38,746 nt of DNA, taken from NCBI GenBank assembly GCA_024137785.1, contig JAHRHZ010000092.1, positions 945,452-984,197 of the forward strand, in the 5' to 3' direction. The notes below the pieces were generated by a model that was given only the letters and a program-made list of their open reading frames with translations, was not told the origin of the DNA and did not search any database. Source of the stretch: Ginglymostoma cirratum (taxonomy: Eukaryota). Numbering within the stretch: the first letter of the stretch is position 1; each line of letters opens with the position of its first letter. Position numbers and translations under genes: made by a program. Shown piece by piece: positions 1-11,110 of the stretch.

Positions 1-85
1 GCTCCTCTGATGCTGCCTGGCCTGCTGTGTTCCTCCAGCTCCGCACCTTGTTATCTCAGACTCCAGCATCAGCAGTTCTTACTAC
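1..85 (+). mobile_element. Penelope-like element terminal (pseudo-LTR) fragment, cut by window edge
   Basis: gctcctctgatgctgcctggcctgctgtgttcctccagctcc...ttgttatctc matches the 3' end of the GIY-YIG-bearing element at 26690-26746. Confidence 0.7.
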
Positions 86-376
86 CTCCTCCCGGCGGTC
101 GATGCGAGAGTTCCACACACCTTTTTTGAGGTGGGACTTTGAGAAGATCTGGACGTTTTAGTTTCCTCTTGGCTCTGTTTCTTTTGTTTCTCCCGTAGTG
201 TTTTTTTTAATTCTGGTTTTGTAACACTTTTCGCTGTACTCTTGTGTTCCTACACTTGAGTACATATGACAATAAAAAGTAAGTCTATTTCTAGATAGGA
301 GTACATGCAAAAAGTCAAATCGGACAGGAGAAGGCGATGAACGGTGTAATCCCCCGCTGTTTCCTATAATCTTTGG

Positions 377-415
377 GGATTTTGTTGAGCCTCTCCCTCT
401 CTCTGAGTCACTGTC
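377..415 (-). other. 23-RSS of V1, defective heptamer
   Basis: Minus strand GACAGTG (415-409), 23-nt spacer, ACAAAATCC (385-377); first C of the essential CAC is changed. Confidence 0.9.
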
Positions 416-877
416 ACACTCCAGGCGCAATAATATACGGCCGAGTCATCTGCCTTTAGGCTGGAAGACTCCAGGTTAAAGTCGGAGCCACTCGATCGCT
501 CGGCGGTGAAACCATCCGCCGCCCCTTCTTTATTCACAGTTTGCACAACTGAGAATAAAACATCAGCTGTAGTTTCTTCCCCGGGTTTTGTCTGTACCAG
601 TACATGGTACCTGTACTCTTTCCCTCCACTGTGCATTTCAACTCCACTCTCTCTCTAACAGATTCGGAGACAGTTGAAGGAGTCTGGCGGACCGTCGCCG
701 AGTTCACGCCTGAGAAAAATCGGTAGAGGAGGAGCTTAATGAAAGGGACATTGTTCTAGTGCAGCAGAGAAAGAAAGAAATGAATTATAAAATAAAGAAG
801 GAGGAAATAGTAAAGGGGTGCAATAAAAGACGTTGCACTCACATTGAAATATAATCGTGACACAACAACAGACACAT
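416..877 (-). pseudogene. TRBV: TCR beta V segment V1 (TRBV30-like) pseudogene
   Basis: Leader 877-843 is 35 nt instead of 37 (frameshift); V exon 709-416 reads VNSATVRQTP..LKCTVEGKSTGTMYWYRQNPGKKLQLMFYS, then a 1-nt deletion near 550, then VVQTVNKEGAADGFTAER..DSAVYYCAWS. Confidence 0.9.
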
Positions 878-1059
878 GTTGAATTGTGAGCTGTTAAAAG
901 AACGAGAAAATTACCGTTTGTGTGTCAAACCACCTCCTTCTAACCGATTTCGAGAAAGATGAAGGGGTCATGGTAACTAACCAAGTCTTGAACACGTCTT
1001 TCCTCCCTGATGGGACGTCACGCTCCTTCAGTATGCTTCTCTTTTAAGTCCATTGAGGC

Positions 1060-1390
1060 GGTGGTAAGTGGCGCTGCTATTAGACCAGGCTCATGCTCTG
1101 GGGACCCTGTTCCACAGCAGCTGGTAGAAATTAAATTCAATCGATAAATCTGGAATTGGAATACAATCTTAGTAATGGTGACCATGAAACCATCATCAAA
1201 CTGTCGTAAACTAATTTCCTTTGGGGTAAGCAACGTGTCATTTCTACCGAGTATGTCCTATATTTGACTCCAGAGGCATGGTAATGTGTTTGATTCTTAA
1301 CTGCTGTCTGAAATGCCTGCTCAGATCAATGGCAATCAGGGATGAGCAATAAATGCTCAAATTGTTGGAAATACCCACATCCTACGAAAA
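1060..1390 (+). mobile_element. tRNA-derived SINE (degenerate copy)
   Basis: Shares gaccatgaaacca...gtgactccag...gcaataaatg blocks with 27235-27575 and 37620-37960. Confidence 0.6.
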
Positions 1391-1459
1391 AATACATCTT
1401 ATTAAAAAGTGGAGTCTAGCCACTTAAATACTGTGGCCACAAGTACTGGCCTCCTTAAA

Positions 1460-1745
1460 GCCAGTGGACCATCTACAAGGCACAAGTCAGCAAAATTTTG
1501 GAATACTCCTCACTTGTCAGGATGAGTGCCGCATCAACAACCCTAATCAAACTTGACGCTATCCCGGACAAAAAAAAAACTGCGTTTGGTTGAAACCACA
1601 TCCAGAAACATTCAATCTTTGCACCACTGACACTTAGCAGAAGCAGCATGTACTATTTCCATGATGTACTACAGAAACTCGTCAAATTTCCTTGAAGACC
1701 ATGACTGCAACCATTTTGAAGGACAAATGCGGCAAATAAGTGGGA
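1460..1745 (+). mobile_element. Non-LTR retrotransposon RT C-terminal fragment (clade undetermined)
   Basis: atctacaaggcacaagtcag..ggaatactcc..cacttg (YKAQV..EYS..W) recurs at 38230-38310 (+) and 11830-11960 (-). Confidence 0.5.
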
Positions 1746-2033
1746 GAACTCAATGACTTCTTCAGCCATTTCACGGGGCAGTTAGGACTCAACCAGACTG
1801 CCGTGGGTCTGAACTCACATTTCCACCAGAACAGCAAATAACATACATTACCAAGCCAGATGTGCTGGTTTGGCACCCATTAACGATATAGCTTTCAATC
1901 CCAGATATTTGTGAATTTCTAATTTAAAAATTCACCAGTTACTTTGTTGAAGTGCTGGAGATTCAGATTACAAACCCAGTGACAAGACACTATCCTACCA
2001 TCAAAAAATGGGTGTAACGTTGCCCATTATACA

Positions 2034-2210
2034 AGAACATAGAACAATACAGCGCAGAACAGGCCCTTCGGCCCTCGATGTTGCGCCGACCTGTGAACTA
2101 ATCTAAGCCCATCCCCTACACTATCCCATCATCATCCGTATGACTGTATCATACCTGTATCATATCATATGCTTATCCAAGGACTGTTTAAATGCCCCTA
2201 ATGTGGCTGA
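2034..2210 (-). mobile_element. CR1 LINE 3' end fragment
   Basis: agaacatagaaca...ggcccttcggccctcgatgttgcgccgacctgtgaa is the reverse complement of the CR1 3' UTR at 19630-19699. Confidence 0.75.
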
Positions 2211-2244
2211 GAAGACTGGAATACGTTGGATTACGTTGTCACAC

Positions 2245-3357
2245 GTTGATTGATGAAGGCAGTTCGGCAGATGTCGACATACGGACGTTAGCAAGGCCTT
2301 TGACAAATGCCCTCATGGCATGTTAATACAAAAGGTGAAGTCACCTGAGATCGGCAGTGAGCTGGTAAGATAGATACGGAACTGACTTAGTCATAGAAGA
2401 CAAACAGTAGCGGCGGAAGGATGTTTTTCTGACTGGTGTTCCACAGAGATTAGTAAATTTGCAAATGAACAAAGATTAGGAAGCTTTGGATAGTGAGGAT
2501 GATTGTCGAAGGATGCAGGAGGTTATAGACAGGCTGGAGACTTGGGTGGAGAGATGGCATATGGCGTTTGATCCAGAAAAATATCAGGTGAGGCATTTTG
2601 GAAGATCTAATGCAGGAGGGAAATATATGGCAGAACCCTTAGTAGCATCAACATACGGATGGGTCTGGGCATACAGGTGTACAGTTCCCTGAAACTGGCA
2701 ATACAAATCCATAATGTGGTCAAGGGAAATGGCATGCTTGTCTTGATCAGTTGGGACATACTGTATAAAAATTAGCAAGTCATGTTGCAGCTGCATAGAA
2801 CTTTCGATAGGCAACATTTGGAATATTGTGCACAGTTATAGTGGCCACACTACGAGAAGATGTGGAGACTTTGGAGACGGTACAGAAATTGTTTAACAAG
2901 ATGTTGTCTGGTTTGGAGAGTATTAGATATGATGAGAGTTTGGACAAAATTGAATTGTTTTCACTTGAAAAATGAAGAGCGACTTGACAGAAGTTTACAA
3001 AACTACGGGAAGCATGGATAGAATGGATAGTTGGAATCTTTTTTTTCCCAGGGCAGAAATGCCAATTATTTCAGATGTAGGTTTAAGGTAAAATGGGGTA
3101 AATTTAAAGGAGATGTGAGAAGCATATTTTTCACATAGAGAGTGGTAAGTGCCCAGAATTCGCAGCCAGGTGAAGTGGTAGTGGCAGACACAATAGCAGT
3201 GTTTAAGAGTCACCTTGTCAGATATATGAATAGGCATGGAATAGATGGATATGGAACGCATTGACGCAAAAGGTTTTTAGTTTAGAAAGGCACCGTGTCA
3301 ATGCAGACTTGGTGGACTGAAGTGTCTGTTCCTGTGTTGTACTGTTCTTTGTTCTTT
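2245..3357 (+). mobile_element. Degenerate CR1 LINE, RT 3' half and tail
   Basis: Fragmented ORFs (MDSEDDCRRMQEVIDRLETWVERWHMAFDPEK..HFGRSN) align with RT at 18220-19197; ends in a tgttct-repeat tail. Confidence 0.85.
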
Positions 3358-4513
3358 ATTTATCAAAGACGAGCTTCAATTGCCCAAATGTGTGGACTAT
3401 TTCATTTAAATCTATTCTGTACTTTGATTTGGATGGGGTGCAATGCAGATTATTCAGAATGTGATTAGTGTGTAAACTGAGAACAAACTGAGAACCTACA
3501 TTCACGTAGGTTCCCTTTGAATATAAAAGATACAGGGGTGAGCTGATCGAGTTTTCCACCGTTGGTATTGGCAAATAAAATTGAGAAAAAAATTATTTCC
3601 ACTCGTGCGATGGAGGCCAAAACAAAGGGCAAAATTATTTTAAATGGGGTGGAGCTTTGTTTCCCAAAGGCTGCAGCTGCTAGTCAAATCGACCCTGAAT
3701 CGTATGTGTTCATAGATCTTAGTGGTAAGTATATGAATGGATAGGGAACAATGGATTTAAAGTTGAAGAACATCCCGATTTCAAAGCAAGCTTTGTGTAC
3801 AAAATAGTCACTTTCTGCTCCCTTTCAACAGCTTCAAAATTGAAAATCCAGTAACTCTGGACAGAGGATTGAGTGGCTTCCTCCTATTTATGTGAGACAG
3901 GCTCGTTGTGTGGCTGTGGCCTCCTTCTTCCCAGTATCTTGGAGCTAAGGATCTGAATGTCCTTCGCCTGTTCGTGTCTCACATCCTGGCTGGACTGAAT
4001 GGACTCCCCTTAATCCTCTTCATGCTTATTCTGGATGTATCTTATTTTCTCATCTTAGAACTCCCTCTGCTGTTCCTGCAGAAAAACAGCAGGGTCGGTG
4101 AAAGAACCGAAGTCTTCTTTTTTCGAAAAGAAAAGCAGAAAGTGCTGGTCTTCCGGTGAAAGGTCATACTAGACTGGAAAAGTTAACTCTGTTTCTGTCC
4201 CCGCAGATGCTGCCAAAACCTGCTGTGGTTCTGCAGGACTTTCTGATTTTTTTTTTTGTTTGTTTTAATTCAGATCTGTAATATTCGCAATTGATTGCTT
4301 GAATTTTTTTTATTTCCAGCGGATTACTTTTCAAATAATCGCAAACTTTCAGTCCTGTTTCTTATAAATATCTATGTAGGTTCCTTCATTGTCCGATCCC
4401 TCACTGCTGTACGAACCTGCAGTGCTACCCTAATCTTACAAGCAGGTATTCGATGAAAAATACTGCAGCATCGCCTGGCTGTGCCGTTTATATCTGCTTC
4501 TTGCAGCCTTTGG

Positions 4514-4552
4514 GGTTTTTGTTGAACTGGTCCCTCTCTCCGAGTCACTGTG
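4514..4552 (-). other. 23-RSS of V2, consensus
   Basis: CACAGTG (4552-4546), 23 nt, ACAAAAACC (4522-4514). Confidence 0.95.
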
Positions 4553-5029
4553 AAACTCCACGCACAGTAATACACGGCGGAGTGATCAGCTCGGAGGCTG
4601 AGGGCCTTTAGGTTGAATTCAGAGCCACTCGGTCTGTCGGCGGTGAAACCGTCTGCCTCTCCCTCCGGAGTCACGCTTAGCGCAGCTGCTGAATAAAACA
4701 TTAGTTGCAGCTCCTTCCCCTGGTTTTGTCTGTACCAGAACATGGTACCTGTACTCTGCCCCTCCACCGTGCATTTCATTTCGACTTGCCCTCCAAGTTT
4801 GGAGACAATTCGGGGAGTCTGGCGAACAGTCGCGGAGTTCACGCCTGAGAAAGGAATCGGGAGAGAAAGAGATCAATAAACAGGGACAGTCTCTTGACGG
4901 AGCACAGAAGGAAAGAAAATAGAAATAAATTACAACGAAACAGATGATAAAGGATCGGTGATAACAAAATCATGGCTTCAAAAATCACTTACACTGGAAT
5001 ACGATCATAACAATCAGCAACTGGTACAT
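4553..5029 (-). CDS. TRBV: TCR beta V segment V2 (TRBV30-like), potentially functional; exons 5029-4993 and 4844-4553
   Basis: MYQLLIVMIVFQ|CVNSATVRQTPRIVSKLGGQVEMKCTVEGQSTGTMFWYRQNQGKELQLMFYS..DHSAVYYCAWS; GT/AG intron, both Cys and WYRQ present, consensus RSS. Confidence 0.92.
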
Positions 5030-5239
5030 CTTTAACTTCGATATTTTCTTATAACAGGAAAATAAACGAAGAAAATGGGTCAAGAGTTGCCGTGCATCAA
5101 ATCATCTCCTTTCAAAGCAGTTAGGAAGAGACGAAGGGAGGGTCCAAGGAAATGGTGCAAGTGCGAACATGTTCCTTCCTCAGTGACGGGAAGCCACGCC
5201 CCCTGACTCCAAGACTTGTTTTAAAAGCGGGGCCCAGGA

Positions 5240-5330
5240 GCTCTTGTGGCAAAATGGTAGTACCCCTACCTCTGTGCTAGAAGGCCTGGGTTCGAGTTCC
5301 TCCTGTTCCAGAGTTAAGTAATAATGTTTT
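5240..5330 (+). mobile_element. tRNA-derived SINE head
   Basis: A-box-like tggcaaaatgg and B-box ggttcgagttcc without a convincing acceptor stem. Confidence 0.5.
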
Positions 5331-8089
5331 TAAGATAGATTAGAAATCTCTCACTGTAGCTTGTACGAACAAAAGGTTAGAAAAAGGTCAGAGAGATGAA
5401 GTGGGCAGAGCAGTTGCAGATACAGCTTAAAGTGGGTCAATCTCATTGAAACATATAGGATTCTTAACAGTAAATGCTGAGAGGATGTTTGTCATTATGG
5501 TAAATTCTAGGTGCAGAGGGCATAGTCTCCCAATTTAAGACTGTGATAAGGAAGAATTTCTTCTCTCAAGGTTTGTGAGTCTTTTTCACTCCTTGCCACA
5601 GAGAGCTGAGGGGGCAGAGTTTATTGTGTACTTTTAAGGCTCAGATACATGATTTCTTGATTGGGAGTACAATCAAGAGTTTCAAGAAAAACCCTGGAAA
5701 ATGGACATGAGGAATGTCAGTTCAGCACAGATCTTATTGAATGTTGAAGCAGACTAGAGGGGCTGAATGGCCTATTCCTGCTCCTATTTCTTATGGTTTT
5801 ACAAGCTAAGGTCACCACTGTCGGCCACTTCAAACGAGATTAGAATATTTTCTAACTCGTGAGAAGCTGGGAACTAGTGATTTTGACATTAGTAAATAGA
5901 TTAAAAAAATTGAATTTTTACCATTACTTAATGCGAGTTGAAATATAAAATGGAGGAGGTCATACTTCCTGAGTAGCTTCCATCTGGAACATTTCTTTCT
6001 GTTCCATCTTAATACACCTGAGAATTAAGGTATTTTGTTTTTCTTAGAGGAAATACAAGCTACATCCACCAGAACAATTTTGGGACTTAAAAGTTTAAAC
6101 TGTGAGTTTTCGTCAGTTTTCCTTAAGTATAGACAGTTGAGGATAATTGGATGAGGTTTTATTCGTCTCCCTCCGTGAGAAGAGTGGGAGTTCTGTAAAT
6201 GAAGAAAAGGAAAAAGCCAGAGTCAAAGGCTCAACAACAAGAATTATTGTATGCAAAATGATGAAATAAGCCTTGGAGGTTCGTCATTCAGGTCATTATT
6301 TATTAAAGAAAATGTGAAAAATAGCACAGAATCTTGGGACAGGACAAGCCATTCTTTCCAATTTATTAAAGAAAGCCTGAAAATCATGATGCAAAGAGGT
6401 GTTTTGGATAAGCCTTTTGACTAATCAAAGTTAATATAGTTGTTTGTTTCCAATTGTTCTTTGTGGACTGGAATTCATACAACAGCATGAAGGCAACCTT
6501 CTCTCTCAGTGGGAGTTCTGTGCATTTTCTCAGTGCCATCTGTTGTAGATGTCTTCTAGTCAAGATGCTATTATGCACCTCTGGTATTAAAAGTGGCACT
6601 TGAATCCCAGCCTCCTGTCATGAAGCTAAGGACACAGTCAGTGCATCATAAGAGCCCCAAATAATCTTTCATGGTAGGATACTTCTGTACTTTCAAACAA
6701 CCTGTTCAGAGGTGCTATGACACAGCTCTAGGACAGGTAAGGTTGGAAACCAGGCCTTATGGCTCAAAGATTGGGCCATTACCACTGTGCTACAAAAGCC
6801 CCGGAATTGTTCTATTTAATATTTTCTGACTAGAGCTGCAGTTAACCACATCTTACTGTCGACTAATCACATCTGCATTACCAATTAATTATTTCTGCAT
6901 GGCTTCCTCCCGTTCCTGTGTAAAATATTACCGGGGTGACAGATTTCGCCTGTTCCTGGGCAAGAGGTTCAAAGCAAGGTACAGGGGAGAGCTTTGACGA
7001 GCGCCCTCCAATTCTGTGTAGGAGGTTATAAAGTGCCTTAATGGCTTGTAGTTGTTACTGTGTAATCGTCTCGAATGTTGCGCGACGGGGCGCCTCCTGT
7101 TCCTGTGTAAGGCTTGGGCTGAATGGATGAATGTCTTCCTCTGGTTTCTTTCAGACATTTTTCAGACATTTTTGAGTTACCTGGTTCCAGCATTCCTTTA
7201 TTGCTTGCCAGCTTATTGTTAACCTTTCCATTTTTATATCTATATTTTCTTGATTCTTTCTGTCAGCCTCTCATTGTTTTTTCCCATCTTCCTTTGATGC
7301 TTAATCAAATCGTTTTGTTAATCCAACGTGTAATTAACAAATACTTTGTGCGAACTTTACAATCCTGCTCTAATGTATTTTATCGAAATTCAGGATCTGT
7401 CTTAAAACACCTGACAATAGTTCCGGGGCAAAGTGTACAGAGGACCGTGTACCCCAAAGACGTTCCGTCCCTTTTATTCCTGCAGTAGCACACGTGCACT
7501 CTCCTCACCCAGCAGTCAGTCCTGACATGCCGCAATGATGTTATTTCTTCTTCCTATCTAAAATCATCGAATGCATATCGCAGAAAGAAGCCCGACCTTT
7601 CCATACCATTCACGCTGTGCAATATCCCCATCCCAATATCACTTCATCAAGATGTCTCTCCTCCACATCTGTTTATCCAGCTTCCCCGGTCAAAGGGGAC
7701 AATATTAACGACAATAAACTCTCTGGGTAAAGAATTCCACATTATTACCATTCTCTGTCTAAAATCTGAATTCCCTGTGGAATTTCTTCTGCATTATCTT
7801 GAATGATTCCCTTGACGTTTGGACGCACCTAAACGTCTTCCCTGTGTCCACCCACTCAACCATTTGATTCTCCTTGTAGTCTGTACTGGATCACCTATAA
7901 TGTTTATCCAACGCATAGGCAGCATGCCCAAATCTTTCGTGATATTTATAACCACTTTTCTCGTGCCACACCTTATAACTGTTTCAATACACCGCCTAAT
8001 TAATCTTTAATTGGCAACAAAAGTTCCGACAGATCGAACCAAGGCGACGAGCAGTGTTATCCTTCAAAATTATTTTCTGCTGCCTTTGG

Positions 8090-8128
8090 GTTTTTTGTTG
8101 AGCAGCTCCATCTCTCTGAGCCACTATG
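8090..8128 (-). other. 23-RSS of V3, mutated heptamer
   Basis: CATAGTG (8128-8122), 23 nt, ACAAAAAAC (8098-8090). Confidence 0.9.
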
Positions 8129-8661
8129 AAAACTCCAGGCGCAGTAATAAACATCCGAGTGATTCGCCTGCAAGCTGGGGGACTTGAGGATAAACATCGA
8201 GTCATTCGGTCGCTCGGCGGTGAAACCGTCAGCGGCCGCCTCTTTAGTCACACTTCCTGCAAGCAACGAGTAAAACATCAGCTGCAGCTCCTTTCCTGGG
8301 GCTTGTCTGTACCAGTACATACGAAATGTACTTGCTTCCTCCATCGTGCATTTTAGTTCTGCACTCTCTCCATGAAGTTTGGAGTCTGCGACCGGAGTCT
8401 GATGGATAGCTTGCGATTTCACACCTGACGGGGACGCGAAGAAAGAGATCGGAAAATTCAGACACTCAGGTCGTGGAAAAGGGGAAAAAAGAGAAAAGAT
8501 ATTGAATAAAGAGAGCAATTCAGTTAAATATAGGGAAAAGACAATGAAAAAGGGACCGGGAGTGAAGGTTAGCAAGTGGAAAGGTAACGAAATTCAAGAT
8601 TTTTTTATTTATGAAGATCCTTACGGTGAAAACTGATGAACAGAGCAAACAGCAGATACAT
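8129..8661 (-). CDS. TRBV: TCR beta V segment V3 (TRBV30-like), open frame but defective RSS (ORF class); exons 8661-8625 and 8424-8129
   Basis: MYLLFALFISFH|RVKSQAIHQTPVADSKLHGESAELKCTMEEASTFRMYWYRQAPGKELQLMFYS..NHSDVYYCAWS. Confidence 0.9.
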
Positions 8662-8770
8662 CTTCCAATGCATTGATCCGTTTTAAACAATCTTAATCAT
8701 TGGTGAGACAACATTCAATATACAGTGCTCCTCCCCTCAATGTAATTGACAACCCAGCTCCTCCCCCCTC

Positions 8771-8870
8771 AGAGATAGCAAGAACTGCAGATGCTGGAGT
8801 CAGAGATAACAGTATGGAGCTTGAGGAACACAGCAGACCAGGCAGCATCAGAGGAGCAGGAACCTTTCCT
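8771..8870 (-). mobile_element. Penelope-like terminal fragment in V3 promoter
   Basis: gaactgcagatgctggagtcagagataac...gaacacagcagaccaggcagcatcagaggagcagg. Confidence 0.75.
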
Positions 8871-9128
8871 GCTTTCTCTAATCTCCAGGATGGAATGTTG
8901 AGTCTGATCAAACTGGGAAAATGCATCCCACAGTACTTTATGTACAGAAAATATTCCCTGTAACAGGAGGGATCCACAATATAGTGGAATAAACTTAAAA
9001 TTGGAGTTCAAAAGCATGGGAAGTGAAGTAATTAACAGATTCTGAGGAGGGTTTAACAAATTCGATGCTGAAAGTACGTCTACCAGGGGCTGGGTTGAAG
9101 TAATTTCAAAACAGGCTTGACTGTTTTA

Positions 9129-9335
9129 AGATAACAAGCATGGGGCTGGATGAACACAGCAGGTCAAGCAGCATCATAGGAGCCGGAAAACTTGACGTTT
9201 CGGGCCTAACTGATGAAGGGTTTAGGCCTGAAACGTCAAGTTTTCCGGCTCCTATGATGCTGCTTGACCTGCTGTGTTCATCCAGCCCCATGCTTGTTAT
9301 CTCGGATTCTCCAGCATCTGCAGTACCTTTTATCT
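9129..9335. mobile_element. Fold-back Penelope-like mini element with 15-bp TSD
   Basis: 81-bp inverted arms 9129-9209 and 9222-9302; ttgactgttttaaga duplicated at 9117-9131 and 9336-9350. Confidence 0.85.
9210..9237 (+). ncRNA. Putative minimal hammerhead ribozyme motif
   Basis: CTGATGA-agggtttaggcct-GAAAC-GTC core; PLE termini are known to carry minimal hammerheads. Confidence 0.5.
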
Positions 9336-10460
9336 TTGACTGTTTTAAGACATGGTTAGGGAGGAGCTTCTTCTCTCGAGGATCATTTGGAAAGCACTTC
9401 GATAGAGAGCAGTAGAGGCTTGATCATTGAATATGTTCAAGACCGAGAGGGTTTTGTATTACACGGGAGTCAAGGATGATTGGGGGTGGGATTTGCAGGG
9501 TGGGGGGACAGAAGGGTACACCAACAGGCAGAAAGTGGAGATGAAGCCACCTTCAGACTAGCCATAATCTCAGTGAATGGCGGAGAAGTCTGGGAGAGCC
9601 GAATGGCTCACCGCTGCTGATATTTTTTCTGTCCTGTTGTCTTCAAAGAATAATTCCCTCTGGTATCAGTGACGGGCTGATTTGCTCCCTGCATAGCTTG
9701 CATTCAGACTGGATTAGTATTTCTTCGAATTTGGAAGTTTCCGGTGTTGTCTGAAACAAGTGATTGTTTTGTAATGTGACGACATTGAAAAATACAAAAT
9801 AAACGCGGTTAAATGTAGATACGAAGCAGATTATCCTCTAATTTAACGATTGAACGGTTACAAGAGGATGAAGCACCTTCTCCACCGACTTAAAGATCAA
9901 GCTTCCTGGTATTCCTCTTTCCAAATTCAAGGGAAGCTGAATGTTGCTGAATGAAACTGAATGTCCTGTTCCTGCACCTATGTTGCTTGTAAATCACGGA
10001 CCAAACACGGAATCAAAAACAGAAATTGTTGGGAAAACTTAGCAGGTCTGGCAGTATCTGTAGAGAGAAAGCAAAGTTAGCGTTTCAGATCATGTGACCC
10101 TCTAATATTTTCACAGCAATTTCTGGTTTTGTTTCTGATTTGCTGCATTCAGTTTTTCGTGTTTTTTTTAGCCAAACATTGAGCTGTTTTATGGCCTCAG
10201 AGCGCCGTCTGCTGTTTCTCTGGAGAAACGCAGAGTGAATAATATCCAAGCATTTTGACGGTTATACTTCAACAATCATTGTAGACGGCATTCCGGGCCA
10301 ATCTCATTAATCCGTGTCTCAATTATTTTTAGCTATTGTCTCCTTTTATAGTAACCCATTTCAAATTGTATTAAACACGGACACTCTGCAGCAGAGAAAA
10401 GAACCAGGATGCAGCTCTGCCTCGTTTTCTTGAACGCAGGTGTTTCCTGCAGTCTTTGGG

Positions 10461-10499
10461 GTTTTTGGTTGAGCTGGTCCCTCTCTCGGTGTCACTGTG
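10461..10499 (-). other. 23-RSS of V4, nonamer shifted by an extra base
   Basis: CACAGTG (10499-10493), 23 nt, ACCAAAAAC (or a 24-nt spacer plus CCAAAAACC). Confidence 0.85.
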
Positions 10500-11110
10500 T
10501 TACTCCAGGCGCAGTAATACGTGGCTGAGTGATCCGCTTGGAGGCTGGAAGTGTGCAGGTAGAACTCAGAGTCACTCGGCCGCTTGGCGGTGAAACCGTC
10601 CACCAGCTGGTCTGGATTAGTGTGATCTGTGCCTGTAGAGTAAAACATAAATCGTAGTCCCTTCCTGGGGTCTTTTCTGAACCAGTACATGTTAGGGTGA
10701 CTAGTGCCCTGTACTGTGCATTTCAGTTCCAGTTCATCCTTGGGAGAGCGGGAGACAACCACGGGAGTCTGGTGGATAGTCTGCGAGTCTGCATCTGGAA
10801 AAGAGTGGAAAAAGAGATGTGGGGAGTCTTTGTAAATTGGGACTCTCTGGGAAATGACAGAAAGAACGACTGTAACAGAGGACAGAAGGAAAGGTAGAAT
10901 GAAAGAGAAAGACAGAAAGAAATGCTTTAAATGGTTGAAAAATATAAAAAATTAATTATTAATTAGACCTCAGAGATACAAGAACTGCAGATGCTGGAGT
11001 CAGGGATAACACAGTGTGGAGGAACACAGCTGGCCTTATTAATTAGACCTATTATGTTTAAGAATTCACTTACAGTAAAACAAGGTCATCAATCCCAAGA
11101 ACAGGTACAT
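10500..11110 (-). CDS. TRBV: TCR beta V segment V4 (TRBV30-like); exons 11110-11074 and 10794-10500
   Basis: MYLFLGLMTLFY|YADSQTIHQTPVVVSRSPKDELELKCTVQGTSHPNMYWFRKDPRKGLRFMFYS..DHSATYYCAWS. Confidence 0.9.
10971..11035 (-). mobile_element. 65-bp Penelope-like fragment in V4 intron with 15-bp TSD
   Basis: ttattaattagacct at 10956-10970 and 11036-11050 flanks gaactgcagatgctggagtc...gaacacagc. Confidence 0.85.

Noticed and set aside
5240-5330. tRNA gene
   Set aside because: Has A/B boxes but no convincing cloverleaf; better explained as a SINE head, like similar minus-strand pieces at 6590-6800
8425-8575. Long hydrophobic N-terminus in ORF 8057-8575 as a signal or TM segment
   Set aside because: It is read-through of the pyrimidine-rich intron; the true leader exon is 8661-8625
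9106-9415. Mirror-image ORFs MGLDEHSRSSSIIGAGKLDV on both strands
   Set aside because: Artefact of the palindromic repeat; the same peptide recurs at 30636-30848
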